From contig CAZQKB010000012.1 in the NCBI GenBank assembly GCA_964593755.1, positions 14,665-78,664 of the forward strand: a stretch of DNA of 64,000 bases, written 5' to 3'. The notes beneath the pieces are model-generated. The model searched no databases and was not told where the DNA came from. It saw only the letters and a program-made list of their open reading frames with translations. This document shows, piece after piece, positions 47,037 through 57,640 of the stretch. This DNA comes from an uncultured Mesohalobacter sp. GTDB taxonomy: Bacteria; Bacteroidota; Bacteroidia; Flavobacteriales; Flavobacteriaceae. Both the position numbers and the translations under genes were made by a program. How positions within the stretch are numbered: position 1 is the first letter of the stretch; every line of letters begins with the position of its first letter.

Positions 47037-49469
47037 TTATCTACCCATGGCTTTTATCATTTTTCTGATGCGGTCTTCCAGCTTTTCAGAAGACAATTTT
47101 TCCCGGAGCCTATCTGTGATGATTGGAAATGAAAATGGTGTTGGGAAGTCGCAGTTTTTGACTATTATATTTTGGTCACTTATTCTTTCCAAAGCTTTCA
47201 ACAACCTGCCTTCTTCCAAGCTGTATTCAAAAGTTTCTCTATAAGCCTGAAGAAAAAGTGGATTTTCAGGCTCATAATCTCTAAAGACTTCAAAAATAAG
47301 TTGAGAACCCGACTGAAGGTGTTTTGACTTGACCACTTTTCCCGGGTAACCAGAGAAAACCAATCCCGAAATAACGGCTATATCTCTGAATTTTCTTCTG
47401 GCCATTTCTGTGGCATTCAAACTTTTATAGAGTTCGGTATTGACGTTTTTATTTTGCCAAAGTAATCTGTTTTGCAAAAGCTTTACATCGATTTTCTGGT
47501 CCGACAGCAATTCAAAACCATAGTCGTTGAAAGCTAAGGAAAAACTAATAGGCTGATGTAAACTTATTCGATAGCCAATTAAACTTGCCATGGCTTCATG
47601 TACAAAACGACCTTCAAAAGGATAGAAGACATGGTGAAAGCCCTCTCTGGTTTCAAAAATTTCTATCAGGAATTCATTAGGTTTTGGGATAATTGATTCC
47701 AGCTTTTGCCGTTCTACGATGGGTTGAAGGCTGTTGTGCTCCGGAGAATTGTTGTTTCCCTGTTCTAATTGATAAAGTTCTTCCCTCAAGCCTTCACTTA
47801 ACTGTGATGACAGGCTCAATCGTCCACCCATCCAACTTGGTACCTTCGAAGATTTGGACTTGGATTTTCTGACATAAACCTGCATTTGTTTTATTCTTAC
47901 CAGCTCCAGTGTTTTACCGGCAAAAGTGAAAACGTCTCCCGGATTGAGCTTGGAAATAAACCACTCTTCTACACTGCCAATAAATTTACCTGACATGTAC
48001 TTGACCTTTAAGACTGCATCGCTTACAATACTGCCAATTTGAAGTCTGTGTCGCATCGCCACACCTCTGTTTCTGACTCTGTAAATACCTTCTTCGTCCA
48101 CCTCAACCTTTTGAAAATCTTCATAATTTTGAAGGGATTGACCGCCCGTTGTGATAAAGCTCAAGGCCCATAACCAGGTATCTTCATCCAGATCCTGAAA
48201 ACAAAATGTCGATTTCACTTCGTTGTAAATTTGGTCAGGCTGAAAACCTTCTGATATAGCCAAAGTAGTCAGGTATTGCACCAAAACATCATACGAATTG
48301 ATGTGTGGTAAGCGTTCTTCAACATTTTTTTCTTTAACTGCTTTCTGAAGCGCCAGAGCTTCAATCAATTCAATAGCATGTGTTGGTAAAAAATAAATCG
48401 TGCTGTCTTCACCTGGCCTGTGACCGCTTCTTCCGGCACGTTGTACAAATCTCGCTACACCTTTTGGTCCGCCAATCTGAATGATGGTTTCTACCGGTGC
48501 AAAATCAACCCCTAAATCCAGACTTGAAGTACAAACCACAGCTTTTAGCTGGTGGTCACGAAGTGCAGATTCTACCCAAAGCCGAGTTGATTTGTCTATG
48601 CTGCCATGATGCATGGCAAGATCCCCGGCAAACTCAGGATGTTTCTCTAACAACTTTTGAAACCAGATTTCGCACTGAGAACGCGTATTGGTAAAAATTA
48701 AAGTACTCTTTGAACTTTTGATGATGGGTACAATGTCTTCTAAAAGCTGAAGACCAAGATGACCTCTCCATGGAAATTTATCCATAGATTCCGGTAAAAT
48801 ACTCTTTACATGGATCTGCTTGTTGATATTGGCAATGATCATTTGGGTTTCAAAAGCATAATAATCTTCACCAAGCAAAACCTCTAAGGCTTGATTCAGG
48901 TTGCCTATTGTTGCCGAGATTCCCCAGATCTTTGGTGCAGAAATACTTTTTAGTCTGGATAAGGCCAGCTCTATCAAAACGCCACGCTTTGTCCCCAACA
49001 ATTCGTGCCACTCATCGACTACAATGGCCTTGCAGTGCTGAAAGATTTTAGGGTAATTTTTTGAGGCTAATAGCAGGTGCATACTTTCCGGCGTGGTAAT
49101 AAGCAAGTCCGGCATATTTCGCTTTTGCTTTTGGCGTTCAGCGTTTGATGTATCGCCATTTCTAATGCCAACGGTAATGTTTAAATCTAAATCTGCGATG
49201 AGTCTTTCGGCAGAAGCCTTAATGTCTATGGCAAGAGCTCTTAATGGTGTTATCCAAACGGCTTTTAATCCCTTTTTATGTTTTTTTTGCTGAATGATCT
49301 CTGCAAGAATAGGCACCCAAAGCGAATAAGTTTTCCCGCTTCCGGTTGGCGCATTAATGAGGCCACTTTTACCTTGCGCATAGGCCTGCCAAGATTTTTC
49401 CTGAAAGTCAAAAACTTCCCAACCTTTTGACGTAAACCAGTCTTTAAATACTGTAAAATCTAATGGCAT
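47037..49469 (-). CDS. Ligase-associated DNA damage response DEXH helicase (Lhr-Core like)
   Basis: APTGSGKT, TPLRAL, DEWH, SAT, HHGS, QRAGRSGH, RRKFRDIA. Confidence 0.92.
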   Translation of the reverse strand: MPLDFTVFKDWFTSKGWEVFDFQEKSWQAYAQGKSGLINAPTGSGKTYSLWVPILAEIIQQKKHKKGLKAVWITPLRALAIDIKASAERLIADLDLNITVGIRNGDTSNAERQKQKRNMPDLLITTPESMHLLLASKNYPKIFQHCKAIVVDEWHELLGTKRGVLIELALSRLKSISAPKIWGISATIGNLNQALEVLLGEDYYAFETQMIIANINKQIHVKSILPESMDKFPWRGHLGLQLLEDIVPIIKSSKSTLIFTNTRSQCEIWFQKLLEKHPEFAGDLAMHHGSIDKSTRLWVESALRDHQLKAVVCTSSLDLGVDFAPVETIIQIGGPKGVARFVQRAGRSGHRPGEDSTIYFLPTHAIELIEALALQKAVKEKNVEERLPHINSYDVLVQYLTTLAISEGFQPDQIYNEVKSTFCFQDLDEDTWLWALSFITTGGQSLQNYEDFQKVEVDEEGIYRVRNRGVAMRHRLQIGSIVSDAVLKVKYMSGKFIGSVEEWFISKLNPGDVFTFAGKTLELVRIKQMQVYVRKSKSKSSKVPSWMGGRLSLSSQLSEGLREELYQLEQGNNNSPEHNSLQPIVERQKLESIIPKPNEFLIEIFETREGFHHVFYPFEGRFVHEAMASLIGYRISLHQPISFSLAFNDYGFELLSDQKIDVKLLQNRLLWQNKNVNTELYKSLNATEMARRKFRDIAVISGLVFSGYPGKVVKSKHLQSGSQLIFEVFRDYEPENPLFLQAYRETFEYSLEEGRLLKALERISDQNIIVKNCDFPTPFSFPIITDRLREKLSSEKLEDRIRKMIKAMGR

Positions 49470-49862
49470 TTCGCTAAAGTATAACGAAAATATGAGTTGC
49501 TCTGTTTTATTAAAATTTTATTATCAAAATGGGGAAGAGGTTTTTTGACATAAACCCTACAAGGGATTGGACCCTTTGCAGGTTTGTTTGTAATACATTT
49601 AGAGTGTTCGCTTATAAAAATCCGAAAGGCTTTTGAGGTCTTGTCGATTTCAATGAAGAGAATAAATTTAATATTTTTTAATATGAAAATATTTTTTATT
49701 TCTAGCCTTGACCCCGAATTAGTCGGGGTTGTAAATCCTGTGCAGTGGTTTTTGCTGCAATACAACATTTTAAGGACGACCAAAGAAGCCCGCAAAATGC
49801 TAGTTATTGTGCAAAGTCACCAACAGATTGAAACGCAAAGTAGGTTTCTGCTCCAAAAAATA

Positions 49863-50339
49863 CTAATCTCTGGAAACTTCGAGTACTTCAAACTCTATTG
49901 TGCCGTTAGGGACCTGAATCTGAGCAGTTTCTCCGGCTTTCTTACCCAAAAGCCCTTTACCTATGGGTGAATCTACTGAAATCTTTCCGGACTTGAGGTC
50001 GGCTTCGCTTTGTGCCACCAATTTGTAAGTAATGGTTTGGTTGTTGGCTTTATTTTTTATTTTTACATTGCTGTGAATCAATACTTTTGACGTGTCGAGC
50101 TGAGATTCGTCAATAATTCTGGCATTAGAAACCACTTCTTCAAGCTTGGCTATTCTCATTTCCAGCATACCTTGAGCTTCTTTGGCAGCATCATATTCGG
50201 CGTTTTCACTTAAATCGCCTTTATCTCTGGCATCGGCTATGGCTTGTGACGCTTTAGGTCTTTCTATATCTCTGAGCTGGTCTAACTCTTTTTTTAATTT
50301 TTTAAGCCCTTCTTCAGTGTAATATGAAATCTTGCTCAT
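49863..50339 (-). CDS. greA: Transcription elongation factor GreA
   Basis: ARDKGDLSENAEYDAAK, ISVDSPIGKGLLG. Confidence 0.96.
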   Translation of the reverse strand: MSKISYYTEEGLKKLKKELDQLRDIERPKASQAIADARDKGDLSENAEYDAAKEAQGMLEMRIAKLEEVVSNARIIDESQLDTSKVLIHSNVKIKNKANNQTITYKLVAQSEADLKSGKISVDSPIGKGLLGKKAGETAQIQVPNGTIEFEVLEVSRD

Positions 50340-50445
50340 AATCTTTTTCTTTTGTTGTTTTAAAACTATTTTCTTTATTCAAATTACGCAAACCGTATTT
50401 TCTTTAATTATAAAATGCTTTTATGAAAATAAACGTTGGTATAAT

Positions 50446-50501
50446 AAAAATACAAAAATCCCGCTATAACGGGATTGTAGCCTACAAAAATACTAAATTT
50501 G
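50446..50501. promoter_or_regulatory. Back-to-back Bacteroidota -7 promoter boxes and greA leader terminator
   Basis: TATTTTTG on minus (50485-50492) and TAAATTTG on plus (50494-50501); hairpin AATCCCG-ttatag-CGGGATT plus U-tract on minus (50454-50476). Confidence 0.65.
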
Positions 50502-50531
50502 CGACTACTAAAAAAATAAATACGATTTATA

Positions 50532-50963
50532 ATGGTAAAGCAACTTTTAATAGGTTTGGTTTTAATAAGTTTCATGGGTTGTGCTGATGATGATGAAAGG
50601 ATAAATAATCCTAACCTTTTAAATATTCAATTTAATATTGAATTAAACCTCACGTTTCCTGAATATAGTCAGTTGAACTTTGCAGGGAATGCTATATATA
50701 TTGGCGGACAAGGTATTGGTAATGATGGAATAATTGTTGCAAATACGGGCAGTGGATTTGTGGCCTGGGATGCTTCAGACCCTAACAGACTACCGAGTAA
50801 CTGTACAAGACTACAGCCTAGTTTCCCTACAGCAAGTTCGTCGTGCAATCCAAGTTATACCTATAGTCTGGTCACAGGACAGCCACTCGAAGAAGATCTT
50901 CAATACCCACTGCTCAACTATCGCGTAGAAGAAGGAAACAATTCTGTTTTTGTTTCTAATTGA
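50532..50963 (+). CDS. Conserved lipoprotein, degenerate Rieske-like
   Basis: Lipobox FMGC; AWDASDPN, YSLVTG, L..YRV. Confidence 0.65.
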   Translation: MVKQLLIGLVLISFMGCADDDERINNPNLLNIQFNIELNLTFPEYSQLNFAGNAIYIGGQGIGNDGIIVANTGSGFVAWDASDPNRLPSNCTRLQPSFPTASSSCNPSYTYSLVTGQPLEEDLQYPLLNYRVEEGNNSVFVSN

Positions 50964-51071
50964 TCTGATAAGCCATATTTTGATGTTCATCGTGAGGTGT
51001 TTGTTTTCTTAAAGTTTTGAGAAACCATCTTTTGTTTAACGTTTATAGTTTAATTTTAAACAAAAATTGCT

Positions 51072-51305
51072 ATGAAATCGAAAGGAATCTTACTTTTAAC
51101 TATTACAACCATCTTATTGGTCATGTTAAGTATTATGGCGGCTTTAGATTTTCAGTATGTCTGGATATTTAGCCTCACTACTATAGGACAAATACTTTTA
51201 GTTATTACAGTTTATCACGTATTGAAAGACAATTATGAAACCGACAAAGAGTTTAAAGACTGGTATGAAGATCAGCCTGTAGATTCTGAGGATAACATGC
51301 GATAA
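51072..51305 (+). CDS. Small two-TM membrane protein
   Basis: Two hydrophobic helices; VLKDNY.T.K.F.DWYED tail. Confidence 0.7.
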   Translation: MKSKGILLLTITTILLVMLSIMAALDFQYVWIFSLTTIGQILLVITVYHVLKDNYETDKEFKDWYEDQPVDSEDNMR

Positions 51306-52429
51306 ACCTCATCAATATAAATATAAAAATCAATCGGGAAAGCATTGACCTTTTTCGGATCTCTTTGGTGACCAAGCCTCACAATAACGAGATCATCTTC
51401 CGGAATGGTAATAACATACTGTCCTAAAATACCTCGCATGGCGAATATTGTTTTATCCTTATAATTTGAAAGCCAAAAACCATAACCATATTCCGGTGAG
51501 TCTTTAAATCTGGGTCTTGTCGCCAGTTCTACAAAAGACGAATCTATAATTTGTTGTCCTTTCCATTTGCCTTTATTAAGATACAATTGACCAAATTTGG
51601 CAAAATTCCTCGCATTGGTTGAAATACAACAATAGGTTTTTTCAATACCATTTTCTTCGTCTAATTGCCAAAGCCCAAAATCGTTCATGCCTAATGGTCG
51701 CCAAAAGCTTTGACTTAAATATTCAGAAAGAGATTTTCCTGTTGCTTTTTCAATGACCATACCTAAGAGTTGTGTGTTTCCACTTAAATATTTGTATTCC
51801 TTTCCCGGTTCATTAACTATGGCTAAGTCTAAAATCAAATCTTCCAAACCTGCATCGTAATAAGCCTGAGCGGTCATCGAAAAAGGCGAGTAGTAATTTT
51901 CATTCCAATTTAATCCGCTGGACATCGATGCTAAATCGCCAACTGTGCATCGGGCAGCATATTCACCTTTAAAATCGGGAAAAAAATCGGTTAAGGGTTG
52001 GTCCAAACTTTGGATGTGTCCATCCTGAATAGCTTTGAATAATAGACTTGCTGTGATACTTTTGGCCATCGAGAACGAATTGGTTTTAGATGATTTAGAA
52101 TAGCCTTCATTATAATTTTCGTGAAGAATTTTGCCGTTTTTAATAATTAATAAGGCAATCGTACCATAGGTATCATTAGTTTCTAAAAGTCGATCGGTTG
52201 GCTCTAAAGTGTTATAATCTTTATGTTTTTTCCAAACCTGTGGTGAAGACGTTTCAATCGTTCTGTTGGTAAAATAAGGGTGGTCATCTATAAATGCCGT
52301 GGTGTGGCCTGTCATATAGACCACTCGAACCCCTTTTAGGATATAGCCGTAGCCGGTGGCATAGAGCCCAGCTATGAGAACGATGATGACAATAACCAGC
52401 CATTTAAGGGTTTTTGCTAAAGCTTTCAT
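51272..52429 (-). CDS. Serine hydrolase, beta-lactamase class C family
   Basis: SFSMAKS, PG..YKYLS, YGYGFW, GILGQ. Confidence 0.88.
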   Translation of the reverse strand: MKALAKTLKWLVIVIIVLIAGLYATGYGYILKGVRVVYMTGHTTAFIDDHPYFTNRTIETSSPQVWKKHKDYNTLEPTDRLLETNDTYGTIALLIIKNGKILHENYNEGYSKSSKTNSFSMAKSITASLLFKAIQDGHIQSLDQPLTDFFPDFKGEYAARCTVGDLASMSSGLNWNENYYSPFSMTAQAYYDAGLEDLILDLAIVNEPGKEYKYLSGNTQLLGMVIEKATGKSLSEYLSQSFWRPLGMNDFGLWQLDEENGIEKTYCCISTNARNFAKFGQLYLNKGKWKGQQIIDSSFVELATRPRFKDSPEYGYGFWLSNYKDKTIFAMRGILGQYVITIPEDDLVIVRLGHQRDPKKVNAFPIDFYIYIDEVYRMLSSESTG

Positions 52430-52854
52430 AGTATGAAATTATAACGGCTAAAATAATAAAATAGAATACATATGCTTTGTGAATTAGGTAATCATCGCTT
52501 CTAATAAATTTGAACGGCCGAACTGACCTAAATTAATCCAATATAAATAGCAATATGGTTCAATATTATATTTTATTAATATCTAAGTATGTCCCTTTGT
52601 TATAGCTTTTTCTATCTCTTGAGGCTATCATTAGCGCTATTCTGAATTTAATCTGTGGTAAATTTTAAAGACTACATTTCGCATAAAGGACAAAAAACAG
52701 CAAATACGTAGTGCACGGTAGGGTTTTAACTTAAGCCCTGATAGAAATACCAAAACTTTTGTGGAACCCTAAAATATCATTATATTTACATGTGACTCTA
52801 CAATTGTTAAATGAATAAAATTTATCTCCAATTAGTGCTAAAAAATAAGTGTAA

Positions 52855-55800
52855 ATGTATAATGCTATTCTCAATGTAAATCCTTTGCCTACCTTGGTTT
52901 ATGATTGCGAAACATTAATGGTAATAGATGTTAACAAAGCAGCTATAAAATTTTTTGGCTTCTCAAAAGATGAATTTGCAAAATTGACATTAAAGGATTT
53001 AATGTCAATAAAAGAATTAAAAAGGCTTACAAAAGCTCATTCCGACAATAATGGCGAAGAAAAGCTAATTCACTCAAAAATTTTAGTCCAACAGAAGAGG
53101 AATGGCAAACCACTCCAGTTAGAAATCCACGGCCAGGAGATTAACTTTAATAGCCGAAAAAGTGTTCTGATGGTCTGCCAGGAAGTAAAAGACAAGAACG
53201 AAGAGATAGATAAGCTTAGAAATCGTGAACAACGTTTAAATTCACTAATTCAAGGATCCTTTGACCTCGTTGGAATTATAGATAAAGAAGGTTTTTATAC
53301 CTACATGAGTCCAGCCAGTAAGGCCATAACTGGAATTGAACCCGAAGAATTTATTGGAAAAAATGCATTTGATTTTATTCATCCGGATGATGCTGAAAGG
53401 GTATTAGCAAGTTTAAAAAAAGTAAAAACAACAGGTCGGGAAGTTATAGAAGCCTTCCGTGCCAAAGATCGTAAAGATGAATGGCGCTGGCTTGAAACTG
53501 TTCTGACAAATCAATTAGACCATCCTGCAGTTAATGGTATTGTGGTAAACACCAGAGATATCACAAAACAATTAGAAGAAAAGCAAGAACTTAAACTTTT
53601 TGAAAGCGTAATTACAAATACTAAGGATGCTGTTTTAATTACTGAAGCAGAACCCGTTGATAAACCAGGGCCAAAAATTATTTACGTCAATAAGGCTTTT
53701 AGCGAAATGACAGGTTATTCTGCTAAAGAAATTATTGGTAAGACCCCAAGAATACTCCAGGGACCAGATTCAGACTATGAAGAACTTTCTAAATTAGGTC
53801 AATCACTAAGAAAATGGGAGCCTTACGAAATTACAACTATAAATTACAAGAAAAATGGAGAACCGTTTTGGATAAACTTTACAGTAAACCCTGTAGCAAA
53901 TGAAAAGGGATGGTATACACACTGGATTGCTATAGAGCGAGACGTCACCAAAAGTAAACAGGTAGAAGAAAACTTAAGAAAAGCTAAAGAAAAAGCTGAA
54001 AAAAATGAGTACGCCATGTCCCAGGCCAGCAAGTTGGCCAAGATAGGATATTGGGATCACAATTTTGAAACTAATGAACTTAACTGTACGGACTACATTT
54101 ATGACCTTTATGGCTTAAATCCTGAAAATGTTGTGTTAACTCATGAGAAAGCAAAAACCTACTTTGATAAACCTTCGCAAGATAAAATTACTAGAGCAAC
54201 TAAAGAACTTATTGATAAGGGCAAATCTTATGATCTAGAACTAAGAATGATCAATGCCAACAATGAAGAGTTTTATATTCGGAAAATTATAGAACCTGTT
54301 TATAATGACAATGATAAAATTGTAGGCAAAAGAGGCGTAATTCAAAATATTACAGAAGAAAAACACCTTCAAAATTTGAATAGAGACGTCGCCAGAATGG
54401 TTAAGATTGGAAGCTGGAGTGTAAATTTAGAGAAGGAGACAGTTTTTTGGTCGAAGGAAGTACATGACATACATGAGACAGACTCTAATTCGTATGTTCC
54501 CAATTTAGAACAGGGCATCAATTTTTATAGAGAAGACTTTAGAAAGTTGATAAAATCTGAAATCGAAAATACCATTAGAACAGGAAACGGATGGGATTTT
54601 GAGGCCGTTATTGTTACGGCTAAGCAAAATGAAGTATGGATTCGCTCTATTGGTCATGCAGAATTTGTCAATGGAAAATGTGTACGTCTATATGGCGGTT
54701 TCCAGGATATTAACACCAGAAAACAATCTGAAAACAGGCTTATTTCTTTGTCTCAAAACCTACCAGGTGTAGTTTATCAATATCATATTTATCCTGATGG
54801 TACAGACGCTTTAAAGAGTATTAGTGGAAAAGTTGAAGAAATCTGGGGTTTTACTGCCGAAGAGCTAATGGAAAACATGAGCCTGGCCTGGAAACAAATT
54901 GAAGCAGGTGGAAGAATAGAAGAAGTGAAAGCAAGTATTCTTCAGTCTATTGAAAATAAATCAAAATGGCAATGTCAAATTAAATATGTGATGCCTAAAA
55001 CAGGCCAGCATCGCACGCACTTAGGCTTTGGAACACCTAGTTTTTTAAGCGATGGTACAATTATTTTTAATTCAATAGTTCTGGATATCACCGAGCAGGC
55101 CAGAAATAAAGTTTTACTCGAGCAAACCAATAAAGCTGCCAGAATTGGCAGTTGGGAAATGGATTTAATAGGTAATGAGAAAGACAGCATGTATTGGTCT
55201 CCAATGGTTAAAGAAATTTTAGAATTAAGTGATGATTATAATCCAACCCTAACCGGTGGTATTGAGTTTTATGTAGAAGAAAGTAAACAACAACTTGAAA
55301 AAGCCATTAACCTTTTAATCACAGATGGTATTGAATTTGATTTGGAATTGCTCTTAACTACTGCAAAATACAACAAATTGTGGGTTAGAACCATTGGGTC
55401 GTGCGAAGTAAATAACAATAAACCAATCAAAATTTTCGGTAGTCTTCAAGATATTAATGAAAAAAAATTGGCAGAAATAGAATTAAAAGAAAGTTTGAGA
55501 GCACTGAAGGATTATAAGTATTCCTTAGATCAATCTGCCATTATAGCATTTACAGATGAAAAAGCTGTTTTTACGTCTGTAAATGATAATTATTGTAAAA
55601 TTTCGGGTTATAGCAGACAAGAACTTCTGGGACAGACATACCAACTCATAGACTCAAAACATCATCCTAAGGAATTTTTCATTGACTTGTGGAAAACTGT
55701 TAAATCGGGAAATGTATGGCGTGGAGAAATTAAGAATAAAGCAAAAGATGGAACCTACTACTGGGTAGATTCAACCGTAGTTCCTTTTTTAAATGATAAA

Positions 55801-57252
55801 AATAAACCCATAAAATATTTGACAATCCAGTTCAATATTTCTAATCGGAAAAGTGCAGAAGAACAATTGGTTATTGCAGCAGAACGATTGAGTTTAGCAA
55901 AAACATCTGCAAAAATGGGTATTTGGGATTGGGATGTCGTCAACGATATATTGACCTGGGATGATAAAATGTACGACCTATATGGTACTAAAAAAGAAGA
56001 TTTTGATGCGGCGGTAAGTGCCTGGGAAAGTGGTCTTCATCCTGATGACAAAGAAAAAGCCATTGAAGATTTAAACGATGCCCTGGAAGGAAAGACAGAC
56101 TTCAATACTGTTTTTAGAGTAGTTTGGCCAGATAGCTCAGTTCACTACATTCAAGGACAAGCCATAGTATCGAGGGATGAAAAAGGTAACCCCGTGAGAA
56201 TGATTGGTAGCAATTTTGATATAACAGACCGTAAAATGGCTGAAAACCAAATACTACTGGCAAATGAACGGTTTGAAAAAGTAACAGAAGCTACAAATGA
56301 TGCGATTTGGGATTGGGATATAGCCAATGACCGCTTTTACCGGTCCAAGGCCATTGAAAACTTTTTTGGAAAATCAACTGCTAAGTCATTTACAAATAAA
56401 GACCTTTGGAAAGATAAGTTTCATTCAGAGGATATCGATACCATTATTAAAAGTGTAGATGAGGCACTTGAAAACCCCGATATATTCAAATGGAAACAGG
56501 AGTACAGGGTTTTTAATGATAAAGATGAAATGCTCTACGTCATAGATAAGGGTGTAATTATCAGAAATGATCAGGGTAAAGCCATTCGTATGGTTGGCGC
56601 TATGACCGATATTACCGATCAAAAAAAATCAGAAGAACAAAATAGGTTTAAAGCCAATTTATTAAGAACTATTGGCCAGGCAGCAATTGGGACAGACATC
56701 AATGGTATAGTTAATTATTGGAACAGAGCAGCTGAAATTATTTATGGCTGGTCTCGAGATGATGCATTTGGGAAAAACATAGATTTACTTGTTCCAAGTG
56801 AAGTTAATCAAGATCAGAAAAAGGAGATGTCAACATTGCTTGAGACCGGAAAAACCTGGTCAGGAGAGTATATCGTGCAGAAAAAGGACGGCAGCAAGTT
56901 TCCGGTTAGGGTTTCCAAATCACCTGTTTATGATGAGAGTAATGACCTTACTGGTATAATAAGTATTTCATCTGATATTACCCAAGAAGTAGAAAGTAAA
57001 GAACTACTAAAGCAATATACCGCAGATCTAGAGCGCTATAACGAAAAGTTACGTAAAATCGCCTGGACACAGTCTCATGTCGTTCGCGCGCCTTTAGCAA
57101 GAATTTTAGGAATTATCAACTTGATTGAACTACAAGAAGGTAAACTTGATGACCTTTTGACCTGGATAGAACAACTAAAAATTTCATCTATGGAGATGGA
57201 TGAAATAGTTAAAAAAATAGTTGAAGAAGCTAATCAACTTAACATTGAATAA
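52855..57252 (+). CDS. Multi-PAS/PAC sensor with C-terminal HisKA helix but no ATPase domain
   Basis: About 11 PAS repeats (HPDD, GxWxWD, RDIT); ends IAWTQSHVVRAPLARILG plus about 40 aa. Confidence 0.88.
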   Translation: MYNAILNVNPLPTLVYDCETLMVIDVNKAAIKFFGFSKDEFAKLTLKDLMSIKELKRLTKAHSDNNGEEKLIHSKILVQQKRNGKPLQLEIHGQEINFNSRKSVLMVCQEVKDKNEEIDKLRNREQRLNSLIQGSFDLVGIIDKEGFYTYMSPASKAITGIEPEEFIGKNAFDFIHPDDAERVLASLKKVKTTGREVIEAFRAKDRKDEWRWLETVLTNQLDHPAVNGIVVNTRDITKQLEEKQELKLFESVITNTKDAVLITEAEPVDKPGPKIIYVNKAFSEMTGYSAKEIIGKTPRILQGPDSDYEELSKLGQSLRKWEPYEITTINYKKNGEPFWINFTVNPVANEKGWYTHWIAIERDVTKSKQVEENLRKAKEKAEKNEYAMSQASKLAKIGYWDHNFETNELNCTDYIYDLYGLNPENVVLTHEKAKTYFDKPSQDKITRATKELIDKGKSYDLELRMINANNEEFYIRKIIEPVYNDNDKIVGKRGVIQNITEEKHLQNLNRDVARMVKIGSWSVNLEKETVFWSKEVHDIHETDSNSYVPNLEQGINFYREDFRKLIKSEIENTIRTGNGWDFEAVIVTAKQNEVWIRSIGHAEFVNGKCVRLYGGFQDINTRKQSENRLISLSQNLPGVVYQYHIYPDGTDALKSISGKVEEIWGFTAEELMENMSLAWKQIEAGGRIEEVKASILQSIENKSKWQCQIKYVMPKTGQHRTHLGFGTPSFLSDGTIIFNSIVLDITEQARNKVLLEQTNKAARIGSWEMDLIGNEKDSMYWSPMVKEILELSDDYNPTLTGGIEFYVEESKQQLEKAINLLITDGIEFDLELLLTTAKYNKLWVRTIGSCEVNNNKPIKIFGSLQDINEKKLAEIELKESLRALKDYKYSLDQSAIIAFTDEKAVFTSVNDNYCKISGYSRQELLGQTYQLIDSKHHPKEFFIDLWKTVKSGNVWRGEIKNKAKDGTYYWVDSTVVPFLNDKNKPIKYLTIQFNISNRKSAEEQLVIAAERLSLAKTSAKMGIWDWDVVNDILTWDDKMYDLYGTKKEDFDAAVSAWESGLHPDDKEKAIEDLNDALEGKTDFNTVFRVVWPDSSVHYIQGQAIVSRDEKGNPVRMIGSNFDITDRKMAENQILLANERFEKVTEATNDAIWDWDIANDRFYRSKAIENFFGKSTAKSFTNKDLWKDKFHSEDIDTIIKSVDEALENPDIFKWKQEYRVFNDKDEMLYVIDKGVIIRNDQGKAIRMVGAMTDITDQKKSEEQNRFKANLLRTIGQAAIGTDINGIVNYWNRAAEIIYGWSRDDAFGKNIDLLVPSEVNQDQKKEMSTLLETGKTWSGEYIVQKKDGSKFPVRVSKSPVYDESNDLTGIISISSDITQEVESKELLKQYTADLERYNEKLRKIAWTQSHVVRAPLARILGIINLIELQEGKLDDLLTWIEQLKISSMEMDEIVKKIVEEANQLNIE

Positions 57253-57259
57253 TATACAT

Positions 57260-57640
57260 ATGAAAGTTTTTATTGTAGATGATGATAATATATTTAGGAT
57301 GATTGCCTCAAAAACATTGAGTTTAGTAGAATCTTCCTTAGATATTATCGAATGTGAAAATGGAAAGGATGGATTGCACGGCCTGAATAGTCTGAAGGAT
57401 TCGCATCAAAAAATTATTGTGTTATTAGATATTAATATGCCGGTTATGGATGGTTGGAGCTTTCTGGAGCAACTAAAGAAAAATGATCTTTATAATCTCA
57501 GCAATCTAAACATATACATTGTGTCCTCATCTACAGATAAGAATGACATTTTAAAAGCCGAACAATTTGAATTCGTAAAAGGTTTTATTCACAAGCCATT
57601 AAATGAAGCTAACATCAATGCTATTATTTCTGAAAGTTGA
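57260..57640 (+). CDS. Single-domain response regulator
   Basis: IVDDD, LLDINMPVMDGW, VSSS, KPL. Confidence 0.92.
   Translation: MKVFIVDDDNIFRMIASKTLSLVESSLDIIECENGKDGLHGLNSLKDSHQKIIVLLDINMPVMDGWSFLEQLKKNDLYNLSNLNIYIVSSSTDKNDILKAEQFEFVKGFIHKPLNEANINAIISES

Noticed and set aside
49460..49970. Two ORFs (111 and 128 aa) between the helicase and greA
   Set aside because: They overlap each other and neighbouring genes, carry no motifs and span a palindrome. Probably non-coding.
51272..51305. 34-bp tail-to-tail overlap of two genes
   Set aside because: Short convergent overlaps are common, and there is no sign of a special function.
1342..56622. Numerous 60-170 aa ORFs antisense or out of frame within long genes
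   Set aside because: Shadow ORFs of well-supported genes with no independent evidence.
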